This document shows positions 29,605 to 37,744 of a stretch of DNA of 37,744 nt, in pieces. Every line of letters begins with the position of its first letter. Within the stretch, counting starts at the first letter, position 1. The position numbers and the translations under genes are program-made. The notes under the pieces were generated by a model. That model was given only the letters and a program-made list of their open reading frames with translations. It made no database searches and was not told the origin of the DNA. Source of the stretch: Verrucomicrobiales bacterium (lineage in GTDB: Bacteria; Verrucomicrobiota; Verrucomicrobiia; Limisphaerales; UBA1100); contig JAYOSV010000002.1 in the NCBI GenBank assembly GCA_038139415.1, forward strand, positions 42,172 through 79,915. Reading direction: 5' to 3'.

Positions 29605-30405
29605 ATGCGCTTCATCGAACCCCACGCGCACATGGTCAGTCGTACGACGGACGACTACGCGGACATGGCTACAGCTGGTTGTGTGGCTTTGTGTGAGCCG
29701 GCGTTTTGGGCCGGCTTCGACCGTGGCAGTGCGGATGGTTTTCGCGATTACTTTAGGCAACTCACCGAGGTCGAGCCGGGGCGCGCGGCCAATTACGGCA
29801 TCAAGCATTTCACCTGGCTATGCATCAATCCAAAGGAATCGGAAGACATGGCGCTGGCGGCCGATGTGTTGTCGGTGATACCCGAATTCATGGAGTGCCC
29901 CAATGTGCTCGGGATTGGTGAGATTGGCCTGAACAAAAACAGCCGCAACGAAATCAAGGTGCTTCAGCAGCATGTGGATTTGGCGGCGTCACATGATCAG
30001 ATGATTCTCGTTCATACGCCGCATCTGGAAGATAAACACAAAGGAACACGCTTAATATTGGATGTGCTCAAGTACGACAGTCGGATTGATCCTGAGCGCG
30101 TGATGGTTGATCACGTTGAGGAGCACACCATCGGTATGGTGCTGGACGCCGGGCACTGGGGCGGCATGACCTTGTATCCGGAAAGCAAATGTTCGCCGGC
30201 GCGGGCGATTGACATGATCGAGCGTTTCGGTAGCGAACGGCTCTGGTGGGATGCTGCCTGTGATTGGGGCCCGAGCGTGCCGCTCGCCGTGCCGCGTACA
30301 GCCTGTGAAATGCGACGGCGCGGCCATGACGAGTCGTTGATCGAGAAGGTGATCTTCGAAAACCCCAAAACGTTCCTCAGCCAGAGCGATCGTTTCCAGC
30401 TTTAG
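29605..30405 (+). CDS. eboB: TatD-family hydrolase, EboB-like
   Basis: [52 protein letters not shown]. Confidence 0.8.
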   Translation: MRFIEPHAHMVSRTTDDYADMATAGCVALCEPAFWAGFDRGSADGFRDYFRQLTEVEPGRAANYGIKHFTWLCINPKESEDMALAADVLSVIPEFMECPNVLGIGEIGLNKNSRNEIKVLQQHVDLAASHDQMILVHTPHLEDKHKGTRLILDVLKYDSRIDPERVMVDHVEEHTIGMVLDAGHWGGMTLYPESKCSPARAIDMIERFGSERLWWDAACDWGPSVPLAVPRTACEMRRRGHDESLIEKVIFENPKTFLSQSDRFQL

Positions 30406-30422
30406 GTGGTATCCATTTTCAG

Positions 30423-30447
30423 AACTCCGCTTCGGCGGAGTTTTTTT
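30423..30447 (+). terminator. Rho-independent terminator after eboB
   Basis: AACTCCGC-TTCG-GCGGAGTT followed by a T-run. Confidence 0.9.
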
Positions 30448-30519
30448 ATGCCCGCTCATTGCGAATACACGCATGCGTGGTATGTTGAGGTAGATCGTAA
30501 CGGTCGTTGAGAAACTCCC

Positions 30520-31116
30520 ATGAGGTATCAATTCGTTTTGATCACATTGGCTCTCTGCCTGCAAGTTGCGCTGCTCTGGACCTTGGGCGTGCGCATTGAC
30601 AAGGACACCGGTACGGTTGCCATTCAGTCGGAGAAGATCATCGCTCCCAAGACACCACCGCCACCGCCAGTTGTTGGGTCCAAACCTGTATTGGCGGCGG
30701 TCACGCCTGCTCCAGTTCGCGCACAGATTAAATCGGAACCTCCAGCGCGGATGATTCAGCAGATGTTTTTTGCGAATAATCGGGATCACCAGCTCATTGA
30801 GCAGGCGATTCGGGACAAGCTGCAGTACGATACCGGTAAACGCCTCACGGCACCTTTGACCGATCGGATGGTGAGGGGGCTAACGTATCTTGATTTAAAA
30901 GGCAAAGGTCTGTCGGATATTCGACCGCTGGCAATGTTGGCGGCGCTGCAGCAGGTGGATCTTGAGAAAAACCGAGTCAACGATCTTTCGCCGTTGGAAA
31001 AATTGCCGACACTGAATGCGGTTTATGTGCGCAACAATCCGGGCCTGACGGTGGAAGAGGTGCGCCGGGCTGGGCGGGTGATGCGGCAGTGCATCATTGT
31101 GCACAATCTCAAGTGA
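30520..31116 (+). CDS. Membrane-anchored protein with a Pro-rich linker and internalin-like leucine-rich repeats
   Basis: N-terminal hydrophobic helix, PPPPP, LTYLDLKGKGLSDIRPLAML..LQQVDLEKNRVNDLSPLEKL..LNAVYVRNNP. Confidence 0.8.
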   Translation: MRYQFVLITLALCLQVALLWTLGVRIDKDTGTVAIQSEKIIAPKTPPPPPVVGSKPVLAAVTPAPVRAQIKSEPPARMIQQMFFANNRDHQLIEQAIRDKLQYDTGKRLTAPLTDRMVRGLTYLDLKGKGLSDIRPLAMLAALQQVDLEKNRVNDLSPLEKLPTLNAVYVRNNPGLTVEEVRRAGRVMRQCIIVHNLK

Positions 31117-31127
31117 GCGTTTCTTCA

Positions 31128-31157
31128 TTGCCGCGCACGGTGCGGCGCGTGTTTAAT
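31128..31157 (+). promoter_or_regulatory. Putative sigma70 promoter (TTGCCG-N18-TTTAAT), 8 nt before the eboE ATG
   Basis: Motif and spacing; no SD present. Confidence 0.45.
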
Positions 31158-31165
31158 TCCGCGCC

Positions 31166-32320
31166 ATGGAACTGAAGCACGGACTGCATTTGGCCTACTG
31201 CACGAATATTCATCGTGGCGAGGATTGGGCGCAGACGTTTTTTTCCCTGAAAACCGAGGTGTTGGCTGTGCGCGATCGAGTGGGGGTAGGGCGGGCTTAC
31301 GCGATTGGGCTGCGGTTGAGTGAATTGGCGGCCCGTGAATTGAGTGAGCCGGCGATATTGGAGGCGTTCCAGCAATGGCTGGCAGACGAGAATTGTTATG
31401 TCTTCACCATCAACGGTTTTCCCTTCGGCAATTTCCATGGTTCGCGCGTGAAAGAGCAGGTGTATGTGCCGGATTGGACTTCGCCGGATCGGCTGGGGTA
31501 CACCAACCGCTTGTTTGATCTGATTGCGGCTCTGGTGCCGGCTGGAGTGGAGGGCAGTGTGAGCACCTTGCCGGGATCGTTTAAGGAATTTATCACCGAT
31601 GAAAGTCAGGAACGAGTTATCCGGGATAACATCTGGAAATGCGCCGAGCATATCGCTGCCTTGAGTGATCGTACGGGCAAGGCGTTGCATTTGGGACTGG
31701 AGCCGGAGCCGTTGGGCTATTTTGAAACCAGCTCGGAGACAGTTCAGTTTTTTGAGCGCTTGGGAATGGAGCATCCCAATGATTCCAAGCTCACCGAACA
31801 TTTGGGGGTGAATTATGATACCTGCCATTTGGCCGTGGAATATGAGGAGCCGGAAGCGGCTCTGGGGGCATTGCGCACGGCTGGGATTCGGATCAGTAAA
31901 CTGCATTTGAGTGCGGCTTTAATTGTTCGGCCGGACGGAGGTACACGGGCCAAGCTGAAGCCGTTTGAAGAGGATGTGTATCTGCATCAGGTGGTCGAGC
32001 GCCTGTCGGACGGCAACTTGAACCGGCATCGGGATTTGGATGATGCCTTGGCCACCAACAATCCGGCGGAGGAATGGCGGATCCATTTTCATATTCCGTT
32101 ACACAGCCCGGATGGCGATTGGTTTGCCAGCACGCGGGGGCACATAGACGGGGTGTTGCGCGAATTGAGAAAGGATCCTGCGCTGTGCACACATTTGGAA
32201 ATGGAAACTTACACGTGGGAAGTGCTCCCGGCGGAGATGAAAAACCGCGAGGTGGTGGATCAGTTGGTGGGTGAATACGAATGGACTCTGAAACAGCTAC
32301 AGGCGTACGATCTGGCATGA
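31166..32320 (+). CDS. eboE: Metabolite traffic protein EboE (xylose isomerase-like TIM barrel)
   Basis: HLAYCTNIH, FTINGFPFGNFH...VKEQVY.PDW, LEPEP, YDTCHLAVEYE, KLHLS, YLHQV, WRIHFHIP, HLEMETYTW. Confidence 0.9.
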   Translation: MELKHGLHLAYCTNIHRGEDWAQTFFSLKTEVLAVRDRVGVGRAYAIGLRLSELAARELSEPAILEAFQQWLADENCYVFTINGFPFGNFHGSRVKEQVYVPDWTSPDRLGYTNRLFDLIAALVPAGVEGSVSTLPGSFKEFITDESQERVIRDNIWKCAEHIAALSDRTGKALHLGLEPEPLGYFETSSETVQFFERLGMEHPNDSKLTEHLGVNYDTCHLAVEYEEPEAALGALRTAGIRISKLHLSAALIVRPDGGTRAKLKPFEEDVYLHQVVERLSDGNLNRHRDLDDALATNNPAEEWRIHFHIPLHSPDGDWFASTRGHIDGVLRELRKDPALCTHLEMETYTWEVLPAEMKNREVVDQLVGEYEWTLKQLQAYDLA

Positions 32321-33222
32321 GCTTGGGGCGCGCATTATTGGTGCTCGGGAGGGTGAGCAATTTGCCCACCATCTGGAGCAACTGCTTGTGCGGTTGGCTC
32401 ATCGGCGCGGGGTATATGGGCATCGAGCCCATTGATTGGCGAATGATCGTCTGGGTGGGCTTTGGGGCAACGGCTTTGTATTTGGGGGGGATGTATTTGA
32501 ATGATGCCTGCGACGTGGCGTTTGATCGGGAGCATCGCAAGGAGCGGCCGATTCCCTCCGGAGCGATCAGTGAATCCGCCGTCTGGAAAATCGGCATCGG
32601 CCTGATGGCGGTGGGAATGGGGGCGTTATCCATTCAAGGCGGGGCAACGGCATTCTTGGCGCTGGGGTTGTTCAACTGCATCTTGGTTTACAACTTCACA
32701 CATAAAAAACTGAAGTGGTCCCCGCTTCTAATCGCGCTTTGCCGGTGGTTATTGATCATGACGGCAGCTGCGTTTGCATTTGTCACAATCAAGCCGGAGA
32801 TTAGTTTTTTTGGTGATTCCAACAGTGGCATGGCGGCCTGGGTGGCCTCGGTATTGTGCCTCTATGTGGTGGGGCTGAGTTGCCTGGCCAAGGTGGAAAG
32901 TGAGCCGGGCTTGGTGCGGTTTTGGCCGTGTCTGTTGCTGGGCGCGCCGGTGGTGTTGGCGATGTTTGTGAATCCGGATGGAGAGGATCGCAAAGATGCG
33001 CTGCTGGTCAGCGCAATTTTGGGGCTCTGGGTGTTGCGTTCTTTGCAGTACACGTTTTGGGCGGAGAAACGGAACATCGGGAAAACAGTCGGCGGCTTGT
33101 TGGCGGGGATTGTGCTGGTGGATTTGTTGGCGGTACAGAATGTGGCTCCGGAGGTGGCGATGGTGTTTTTCGGATTGTTCATTCTGGCTGTGGCCGCACA
33201 GCGTTGGGTGCCGGCGACATAA
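32317..33222 (+). CDS. eboC: UbiA-family prenyltransferase, EboC-like
   Basis: RVSNLPTIWSN, GGMYLNDACD..FDREHR.ERPIPSG, multiple TM helices. ATGA overlap with eboE. Confidence 0.8.
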   Translation: MSLGRALLVLGRVSNLPTIWSNCLCGWLIGAGYMGIEPIDWRMIVWVGFGATALYLGGMYLNDACDVAFDREHRKERPIPSGAISESAVWKIGIGLMAVGMGALSIQGGATAFLALGLFNCILVYNFTHKKLKWSPLLIALCRWLLIMTAAAFAFVTIKPEISFFGDSNSGMAAWVASVLCLYVVGLSCLAKVESEPGLVRFWPCLLLGAPVVLAMFVNPDGEDRKDALLVSAILGLWVLRSLQYTFWAEKRNIGKTVGGLLAGIVLVDLLAVQNVAPEVAMVFFGLFILAVAAQRWVPAT

Positions 33223-33249
33223 AAAAACGGGAACGGTTTCCCGTTCCCG
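33221..33249 (-). terminator. Rho-independent terminator of the minus-strand dehydrogenase gene
   Basis: Minus strand CGGGAACGG-GAAA-CCGTTCCCG followed by T7. Confidence 0.88.
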
Positions 33250-33270
33250 GTGGTGATTCAATTCGTCCGC

Positions 33271-34158
33271 TTAAGAGTGGAGGGTTCGACCTTTGAAGGT
33301 GAGTTCAGCCACGCCGGACTTGTCTAGCTCTCCTAAGCCGAGCTCCTTCATTTTCTCATACTGTTTCCAGGTGGACTTGGCCAGTGGCAGTTTCAGGCCT
33401 TCGCCTTCGGCGAGCTTCAGGGCGATGCCGCTATCCTTAGCGGCGTGATCGGCGCTGAAGTAACATTCGTGATCTTTGATGACCATGTCTTCACCGTCGG
33501 TTTCCAGCACGCGGCTGTTGGCCCCGGTTTGGCTGAAGACTTCGCGTACGGTGGTGAGGTCGAGCCCCATGGCATCGGCGAGGCCGAGGCCTTCGGCAAG
33601 GCCGGCCGTGTTGATATTCATCACCATGTTCACCAACGCCTTGAGCTTGGCGGCGCTGCCGGTGTCCCCAATGTATTTGTTGGTGACGGAAAGGGCGTCA
33701 AGGATCGGCTTGGCGCGGTCGAAGGCTTCCTGTTTGCCGCCGCACATGAGGTAGAGTGTGCCTTCGCGAGCCTGTGTAATGGAGCTGGCCATGCAGGCTT
33801 CGAGGGTTTGGGCTTCATGTTTGTTGGCCCATTCCTCAACCTTGACGTGAGTGGATGGGGAGACGGTGGCACAGTTAATGAAAAGCTTGCCGTGGGCTCT
33901 GGCCAGCAGGGAGCCGGTGCCGTGGAAGATGCCTTTCATGGATTTGTCGTCGGTGACGACAGTGATGATGACGTCCGCGTTTTTGGTGACGTGTGATAGT
34001 TTCTCGTAGTAGGTGGAGCCAAGTTCATCCGCCATGGATTTGGCGGCTTCGGCGTTCACATCAGAGATGGCGGTAACGGTGAAGTGTTGGTCGTTTAACC
34101 GGCGAGCCATGTTGGCGCCCATTCGGCCTACTCCGACGATTCCAATTCGTTCAGACAT
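33271..34158 (-). CDS. NAD(P)-dependent beta-hydroxyacid (3-hydroxyisobutyrate/6-PG family) dehydrogenase
   Basis: Rossmann GIVGVGRMG, catalytic Lys region AAKLKALVN, AAKD. Confidence 0.9.
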   Translation of the reverse strand: MSERIGIVGVGRMGANMARRLNDQHFTVTAISDVNAEAAKSMADELGSTYYEKLSHVTKNADVIITVVTDDKSMKGIFHGTGSLLARAHGKLFINCATVSPSTHVKVEEWANKHEAQTLEACMASSITQAREGTLYLMCGGKQEAFDRAKPILDALSVTNKYIGDTGSAAKLKALVNMVMNINTAGLAEGLGLADAMGLDLTTVREVFSQTGANSRVLETDGEDMVIKDHECYFSADHAAKDSGIALKLAEGEGLKLPLAKSTWKQYEKMKELGLGELDKSGVAELTFKGRTLHS

Positions 34159-34231
34159 GATTTGAGGAGGATACAGTTGTGTTCTGTTTATTGCGCAAGA
34201 AAACGCAAGTTAGGTTGGTTGAAGATGGACC

Positions 34232-35077
34232 CTAAAGGGCGTTCGAAGGTGTGGCAACGGTTTTTTCAGCATTAAATCTCACTTTTTTCCCCGAAAGCCT
34301 CAATGTTTTACAGGGTTGACGGGGTGAAGTGACAGTCACATCTACGAACGAAGCGCCGAGTTGGCCGAGCTGGGTATGGATCTCGGTATGGGCGAGATCG
34401 GGGGTGTTGCATTCGCTGCTGAGGTGCGCGCAGTAAATGTGCTGTAGTTCGGGATGAATCAGCTGTTCTAGGAATTGGGCGGCGCCTTCATTCGAAAGAT
34501 GGCCGTGTCGGCTGAGGATGCGTTGCTTGAGACTCCACGGCCTTCGCGGATCGTTGTTCAACAGGTCGACGTCGTGGTTGGTTTCCAGCAGCAACACTTC
34601 CGCATCGCGGACCCTGTCGGCGACCAGTCGGGTGCCGTGGCCCATGTCGGTGAGAAAACCAATCCGACCTTCGGGCGTGTGCAACACAAATCCCATGGGA
34701 TCGATGGCATCATGCGGGATGGGGAAGGTATCCACATTTAGGTCGCCGATCTCAAAGGGGTTTCCGGTTTCCACGAGGCGAAAGTCGAATTCGGAGTCAT
34801 GGATGCGGCGGATTTCCTCCGCGGTATGGCGATTGCAGTACACAGGGATGCCGAGCTTGGCGGCAAGCACCTTCAGACCGCTGACGTGGTCGGAATGCTC
34901 ATGCGTAATCAGAATGCCATCCAAGCGTTCCGGGGTGCGGTTCAAATTCAGTAACGCTTCCCGGATTCGTTTGGCGCTGATACCGCAATCGATGAGCACG
35001 CGGCTGTTGGGCGTTTCCAGATAAGCAGCATTGCCACTGGAACCACTGGCCAACACGGTGAACTGAACCTCCTCCAC
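34232..35077 (-). CDS. MBL-fold metallo-hydrolase (YycJ/WalJ-like)
   Basis: LASGSSGN, IDCG, THEHSDH, HDA, ETNHD, GHLSN, AHLS. Probable start GTG 35077; the ORF extension to 35200 runs through promoter motifs. Confidence 0.9.
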   Translation of the reverse strand: MEEVQFTVLASGSSGNAAYLETPNSRVLIDCGISAKRIREALLNLNRTPERLDGILITHEHSDHVSGLKVLAAKLGIPVYCNRHTAEEIRRIHDSEFDFRLVETGNPFEIGDLNVDTFPIPHDAIDPMGFVLHTPEGRIGFLTDMGHGTRLVADRVRDAEVLLLETNHDVDLLNNDPRRPWSLKQRILSRHGHLSNEGAAQFLEQLIHPELQHIYCAHLSSECNTPDLAHTEIHTQLGQLGASFVDVTVTSPRQPCKTLRLSGKKVRFNAEKTVATPSNAL

Positions 35078-35083
35078 GGGGGG

Positions 35084-35112
35084 ACTGTAGCCGGTGACCT
35101 GTTTGGGCTCAA
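35084..35112 (-). promoter_or_regulatory. sigma70 promoter TTGAGC-N17-TACAGT, 6 nt before GTG 35077 (leaderless)
   Basis: Motif and spacing. Confidence 0.55.
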
Positions 35113-35183
35113 AAGCTTTCCATTCACATTGCTCAATGCCATGCATGCAGTCTCTTTGGAGGTAATACCAAAACGATCGAACA

Positions 35184-35199
35184 AGCAACTTGCGTGCCA
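35184..35199 (-). promoter_or_regulatory. Perfect sigma54 -24/-12 site upstream of, and facing away from, rpoN
   Basis: Minus strand TGGCACGCAAGTTGCT matches the full TGGCACG-N4-TTGCW consensus, 52 nt upstream of the rpoN ATG. Confidence 0.82.
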
Positions 35200-35251
35200 T
35201 TGAGCTTGAAGTCTGAACGGTTTAACGGTAAATAGAGTCAGCCGCCCAACC

Positions 35252-36769
35252 ATGGCTTTTGAACCCAGAATGCATCTCGGACAGAAACTGGCGCAAGTCC
35301 AGGTGATGTCCCCGCAAATGCAGCAATCGCTGGCATTTTTGCAGGCGCCAATGCTGGATTTGCAAGGCATGGTGAACAAGGAGCTGCAGGAGAATCCGGT
35401 GCTGGAGGAAGTGCCGATTGAGGATCAAAAATCGCCGGATCTTGAGGGCACCGGGGAACTCATCGGCGCGCCGGATCAAAATGAAGCCGCCGAACCCCCC
35501 AGTGATACCAAGGTGGATCCCACCGATGAATCGAGTGCGGAGCCTTTTGATGATTTTCAGGCCGAGATGGAGCGTTTGGCCGAGCTGAGTGAGGAGTGGC
35601 GCGATCACTTTAATGCCTCTCAAACCGCCCCCGTGGGCGCCGCGGCCAGTGCGGAGGATGAGGAGCGGCGCGATTTTATTTTCGATTCCCTGACGGCCCG
35701 CGGTACGTTGTCCGCCCATCTCTTGGAACAGGCGCACATGAGCGATCTGGATGAACAGGAAATGGAGGTGGCCGAGGTGATCATCGGGAACGTTGATGAA
35801 AACGGATTCCTGCAATCCAACGTGGCCGAGCTGATTGATGCGGCGAATTCGGATCAGGATACGGTCGAGGAAGTTCTCTCCGTGATCCGCTCCTTTGAGC
35901 CGGCCGGCGTGGCGGCGGCGGATTTACGCGAATGTTTGCTGCTGCAATTGGAACGCCTCGGTCGGGTGGAATCGTTGGAGTACCAGGTTGTGGAGAAGCA
36001 CATGGAAGCTCTGGGCCGTCGCCGGTTTCCGGAGATTGCCCGCGCTTTGGGAGTGGGGATTGATGAGGTGCAGGATATTGCCGAAAAAATCGGCCACTTG
36101 GATCCACGACCAGGCGGTGCCTTTGAGGAAACCCCCGACCAATATGTCGTGCCCGAAGTGTTTGTGAATTGGAAAGACGACCATTGGGAAGTTACCTCCA
36201 ATCGTGAAGAGATGCCGCAATTGCGCATTAGCAATGCCTACAAAGATTTGATGACGCAGGCGCGCGATTCCAAGGATGTGCGCGAATACATCCGCGGGAA
36301 AATTCGGGACGGCAATTTCCTGATCAAGAGTATCCATCAACGGCAGGATACGATCTTGAATATTGCCAAGGAAATTGTCGCTCGCCAATCGGAGTTCCTC
36401 GAGCACGGAGTGAGCCACTTGAAGCCCTTGACCATGTCTGAGGTGGCCGACAAGGTGGAGGTGCATGAGACCACCGTGAGTCGTGCGGTTTCCGGTAAGT
36501 ATATGGAGACGCCGCAGGGTTTGTTTGAGATGCGGTATTTTTTCACCAGCGCGATTCAGACTTCCGACGGCGGCGAAGGGGTGAGCAACACCAGTGTGAA
36601 GCAGTTGCTCCAGGAGCTGGTGGATAACGAGAACAAATCCAAACCGCTTTCCGATGAAGCGGTGGTAAAGTTGATGGGCGAAAAGAAAGTGAAAATCGCC
36701 CGGCGCACGGTCGCCAAATACCGCGGTGAACTCGGCATTCTGCCTTCGAGTATGCGGCGCGTTTATTGA
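35252..36769 (+). CDS. rpoN: RNA polymerase sigma-54 factor
   Basis: Region I Q-rich SPQMQQSL..LQ, ENPVLE, HTH HETTVSRA, RpoN box ARRTVAKYR. Confidence 0.98.
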   Translation: MAFEPRMHLGQKLAQVQVMSPQMQQSLAFLQAPMLDLQGMVNKELQENPVLEEVPIEDQKSPDLEGTGELIGAPDQNEAAEPPSDTKVDPTDESSAEPFDDFQAEMERLAELSEEWRDHFNASQTAPVGAAASAEDEERRDFIFDSLTARGTLSAHLLEQAHMSDLDEQEMEVAEVIIGNVDENGFLQSNVAELIDAANSDQDTVEEVLSVIRSFEPAGVAAADLRECLLLQLERLGRVESLEYQVVEKHMEALGRRRFPEIARALGVGIDEVQDIAEKIGHLDPRPGGAFEETPDQYVVPEVFVNWKDDHWEVTSNREEMPQLRISNAYKDLMTQARDSKDVREYIRGKIRDGNFLIKSIHQRQDTILNIAKEIVARQSEFLEHGVSHLKPLTMSEVADKVEVHETTVSRAVSGKYMETPQGLFEMRYFFTSAIQTSDGGEGVSNTSVKQLLQELVDNENKSKPLSDEAVVKLMGEKKVKIARRTVAKYRGELGILPSSMRRVY

Positions 36770-37344
36770 TCCGGATTAGCCTCAGCCAGAGCGGCTTTGG
36801 TGGCTTTCTGAAGGGCGTCCAGTTCCTCCCGTAAATCTGCTTTAGCTTCACGATCCATCCGGTCGGTAAACAGAATGCCGTGTAGATGATCGGTTTCGTG
36901 TTGCACACAGCGCGCCAGTAATCCACCGCAAACAAACTCAACCGGTTCATTGTGTTCGTTCTGAGCTTTCACTCGGATTTTTTCTGGTCGCGAAACGTCC
37001 CCGTAAATTTCAGGAAAACTCAGGCAACCTTCCGGTCCGTTTACTTCCGCCGCCAACGGTTCAATTTCAGGGTTCAACAATACCAGAGGCATGATGGAAT
37101 GCGGGTCGGCTTCCTCGCCATCCAGTTCCAACGTGGAAGGGCGGTCTTCAACCGGCCTGATATCAATCACCGTCAACTGGATCGCCCGCCCGACCTGTTG
37201 GGAGGCTAGGCCAATTCCACGATGTTTTTCCATCGTGTCGAACATATCCTCAATGAATTGTTCCAGCTCAGGCGTGATCTTGGGAACGGGGTCGCCTTTT
37301 TGGCGGAGGATCGGATTACCGAAGTAGGTGAGCGGAAGAACCAT
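36763..37344 (-). CDS. def: Peptide deformylase
   Basis: GIGLASQQVG, EGCLS, QHETDHL. Confidence 0.97.
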   Translation of the reverse strand: MVLPLTYFGNPILRQKGDPVPKITPELEQFIEDMFDTMEKHRGIGLASQQVGRAIQLTVIDIRPVEDRPSTLELDGEEADPHSIMPLVLLNPEIEPLAAEVNGPEGCLSFPEIYGDVSRPEKIRVKAQNEHNEPVEFVCGGLLARCVQHETDHLHGILFTDRMDREAKADLREELDALQKATKAALAEANPDQ

Positions 37345-37347
37345 GTG

Positions 37348-37743
37348 TCAGGTCTCTACGTCAAGGATGTTGAGAATACGCTCCAAGTCATCGTCGGAAA
37401 AATATTTAATGGTCAGCGCGCCCTTGCCGTCGCGATAGGTGAGGCTGACCTTGGTCCCGAGTTTTTCTTTAAGCCGGTTTTCAAGGGAGGTCACGTGCAC
37501 TCCGCGAGTTTGCGACGTGGGCTGGGGAGAGGTCTTGCTGGTGGGTGCGCCTTGCAGCTTGTCGACCAAGTCTTCAGTTTCTCGGACACTCAAGGATTCC
37601 TTGATCACCCGATTGGCCACCAACGTTTGTTGCTGGGCATCATCTAGCCCAAGTATCACCTTGGCGTGCCCCACACTCAAGCGGCCCTGTCGCAAATGGG
37701 TTTGCAGTGGCTCCGAAAGGTTTAAAAGTCGTACGGCATTGGC
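37348..37743 (-). CDS. parB: ParB/Spo0J chromosome partitioning protein, C-terminal part (truncated by the window end)
   Basis: Frame open to the window end: ANAVRLLNL...GRLSVGHAKVIL...LSVRETEDLV...LGTKV..GKGALTIKYFSDDDLERIL. Confidence 0.92.
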   Translation of the reverse strand, partial: ANAVRLLNLSEPLQTHLRQGRLSVGHAKVILGLDDAQQQTLVANRVIKESLSVRETEDLVDKLQGAPTSKTSPQPTSQTRGVHVTSLENRLKEKLGTKVSLTYRDGKGALTIKYFSDDDLERILNILDVET

Positions 37744-37744
37744 C

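Noticed and set aside
35078..35200. N-terminal extensions in the ORF track (also 12020-12391, 17079-17177, 26259-26336, 27487-27522, 29173-29313)
   Set aside because: They overlap promoter motifs or neighbouring genes; downstream starts fit family N-termini and stop/start coupling better
36763..37744. parS site near parB
   Set aside because: No TGTTTCACGTGAAACA-like palindrome was found by eye in the window

Overview
A gene-dense, roughly 55-60% GC chromosomal segment. The gene content (PVC-type heme/dehydrogenase protein, dnaK-groES-groEL order, CII-like orphan, ebo genes) suggests a Verrucomicrobiota/PVC bacterium; this is an inference. Order: partial M16 peptidase, secreted aldose 1-epimerase, SRP RNA-dnaX-ybaB-recR-HAD, an orphan phage CII(CP76)-like regulator, dnaK-groES-groEL, several envelope proteins, a SirB1-like protein, gltBD, ACT-mnmA, kamA-nth-lipM-like, FmdB plus a probable pseudo-peptidase, a split partial ebo cluster (small ORF-eboB | LRR | eboE-eboC), a beta-hydroxyacid dehydrogenase, an MBL hydrolase divergent from rpoN, def, and partial parB. 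I found no CRISPR array, IS element, tRNA or rRNA. The strongest unexplained signals are regulatory. Two near-perfect sigma54 -24/-12 promoters are present: one upstream of the dnaK-groESL operon (with an upstream inverted repeat and no CIRCE), the other pointing away from rpoN just upstream of it. The AT-rich gltB control region holds a Rex/CRP-type palindrome and a perfect 16-bp inverted repeat. Three 11-bp-phased direct repeats cover the promoter of the ebo-like genes, and several genes look leaderless. All family calls come from motif recognition, not from database searches.
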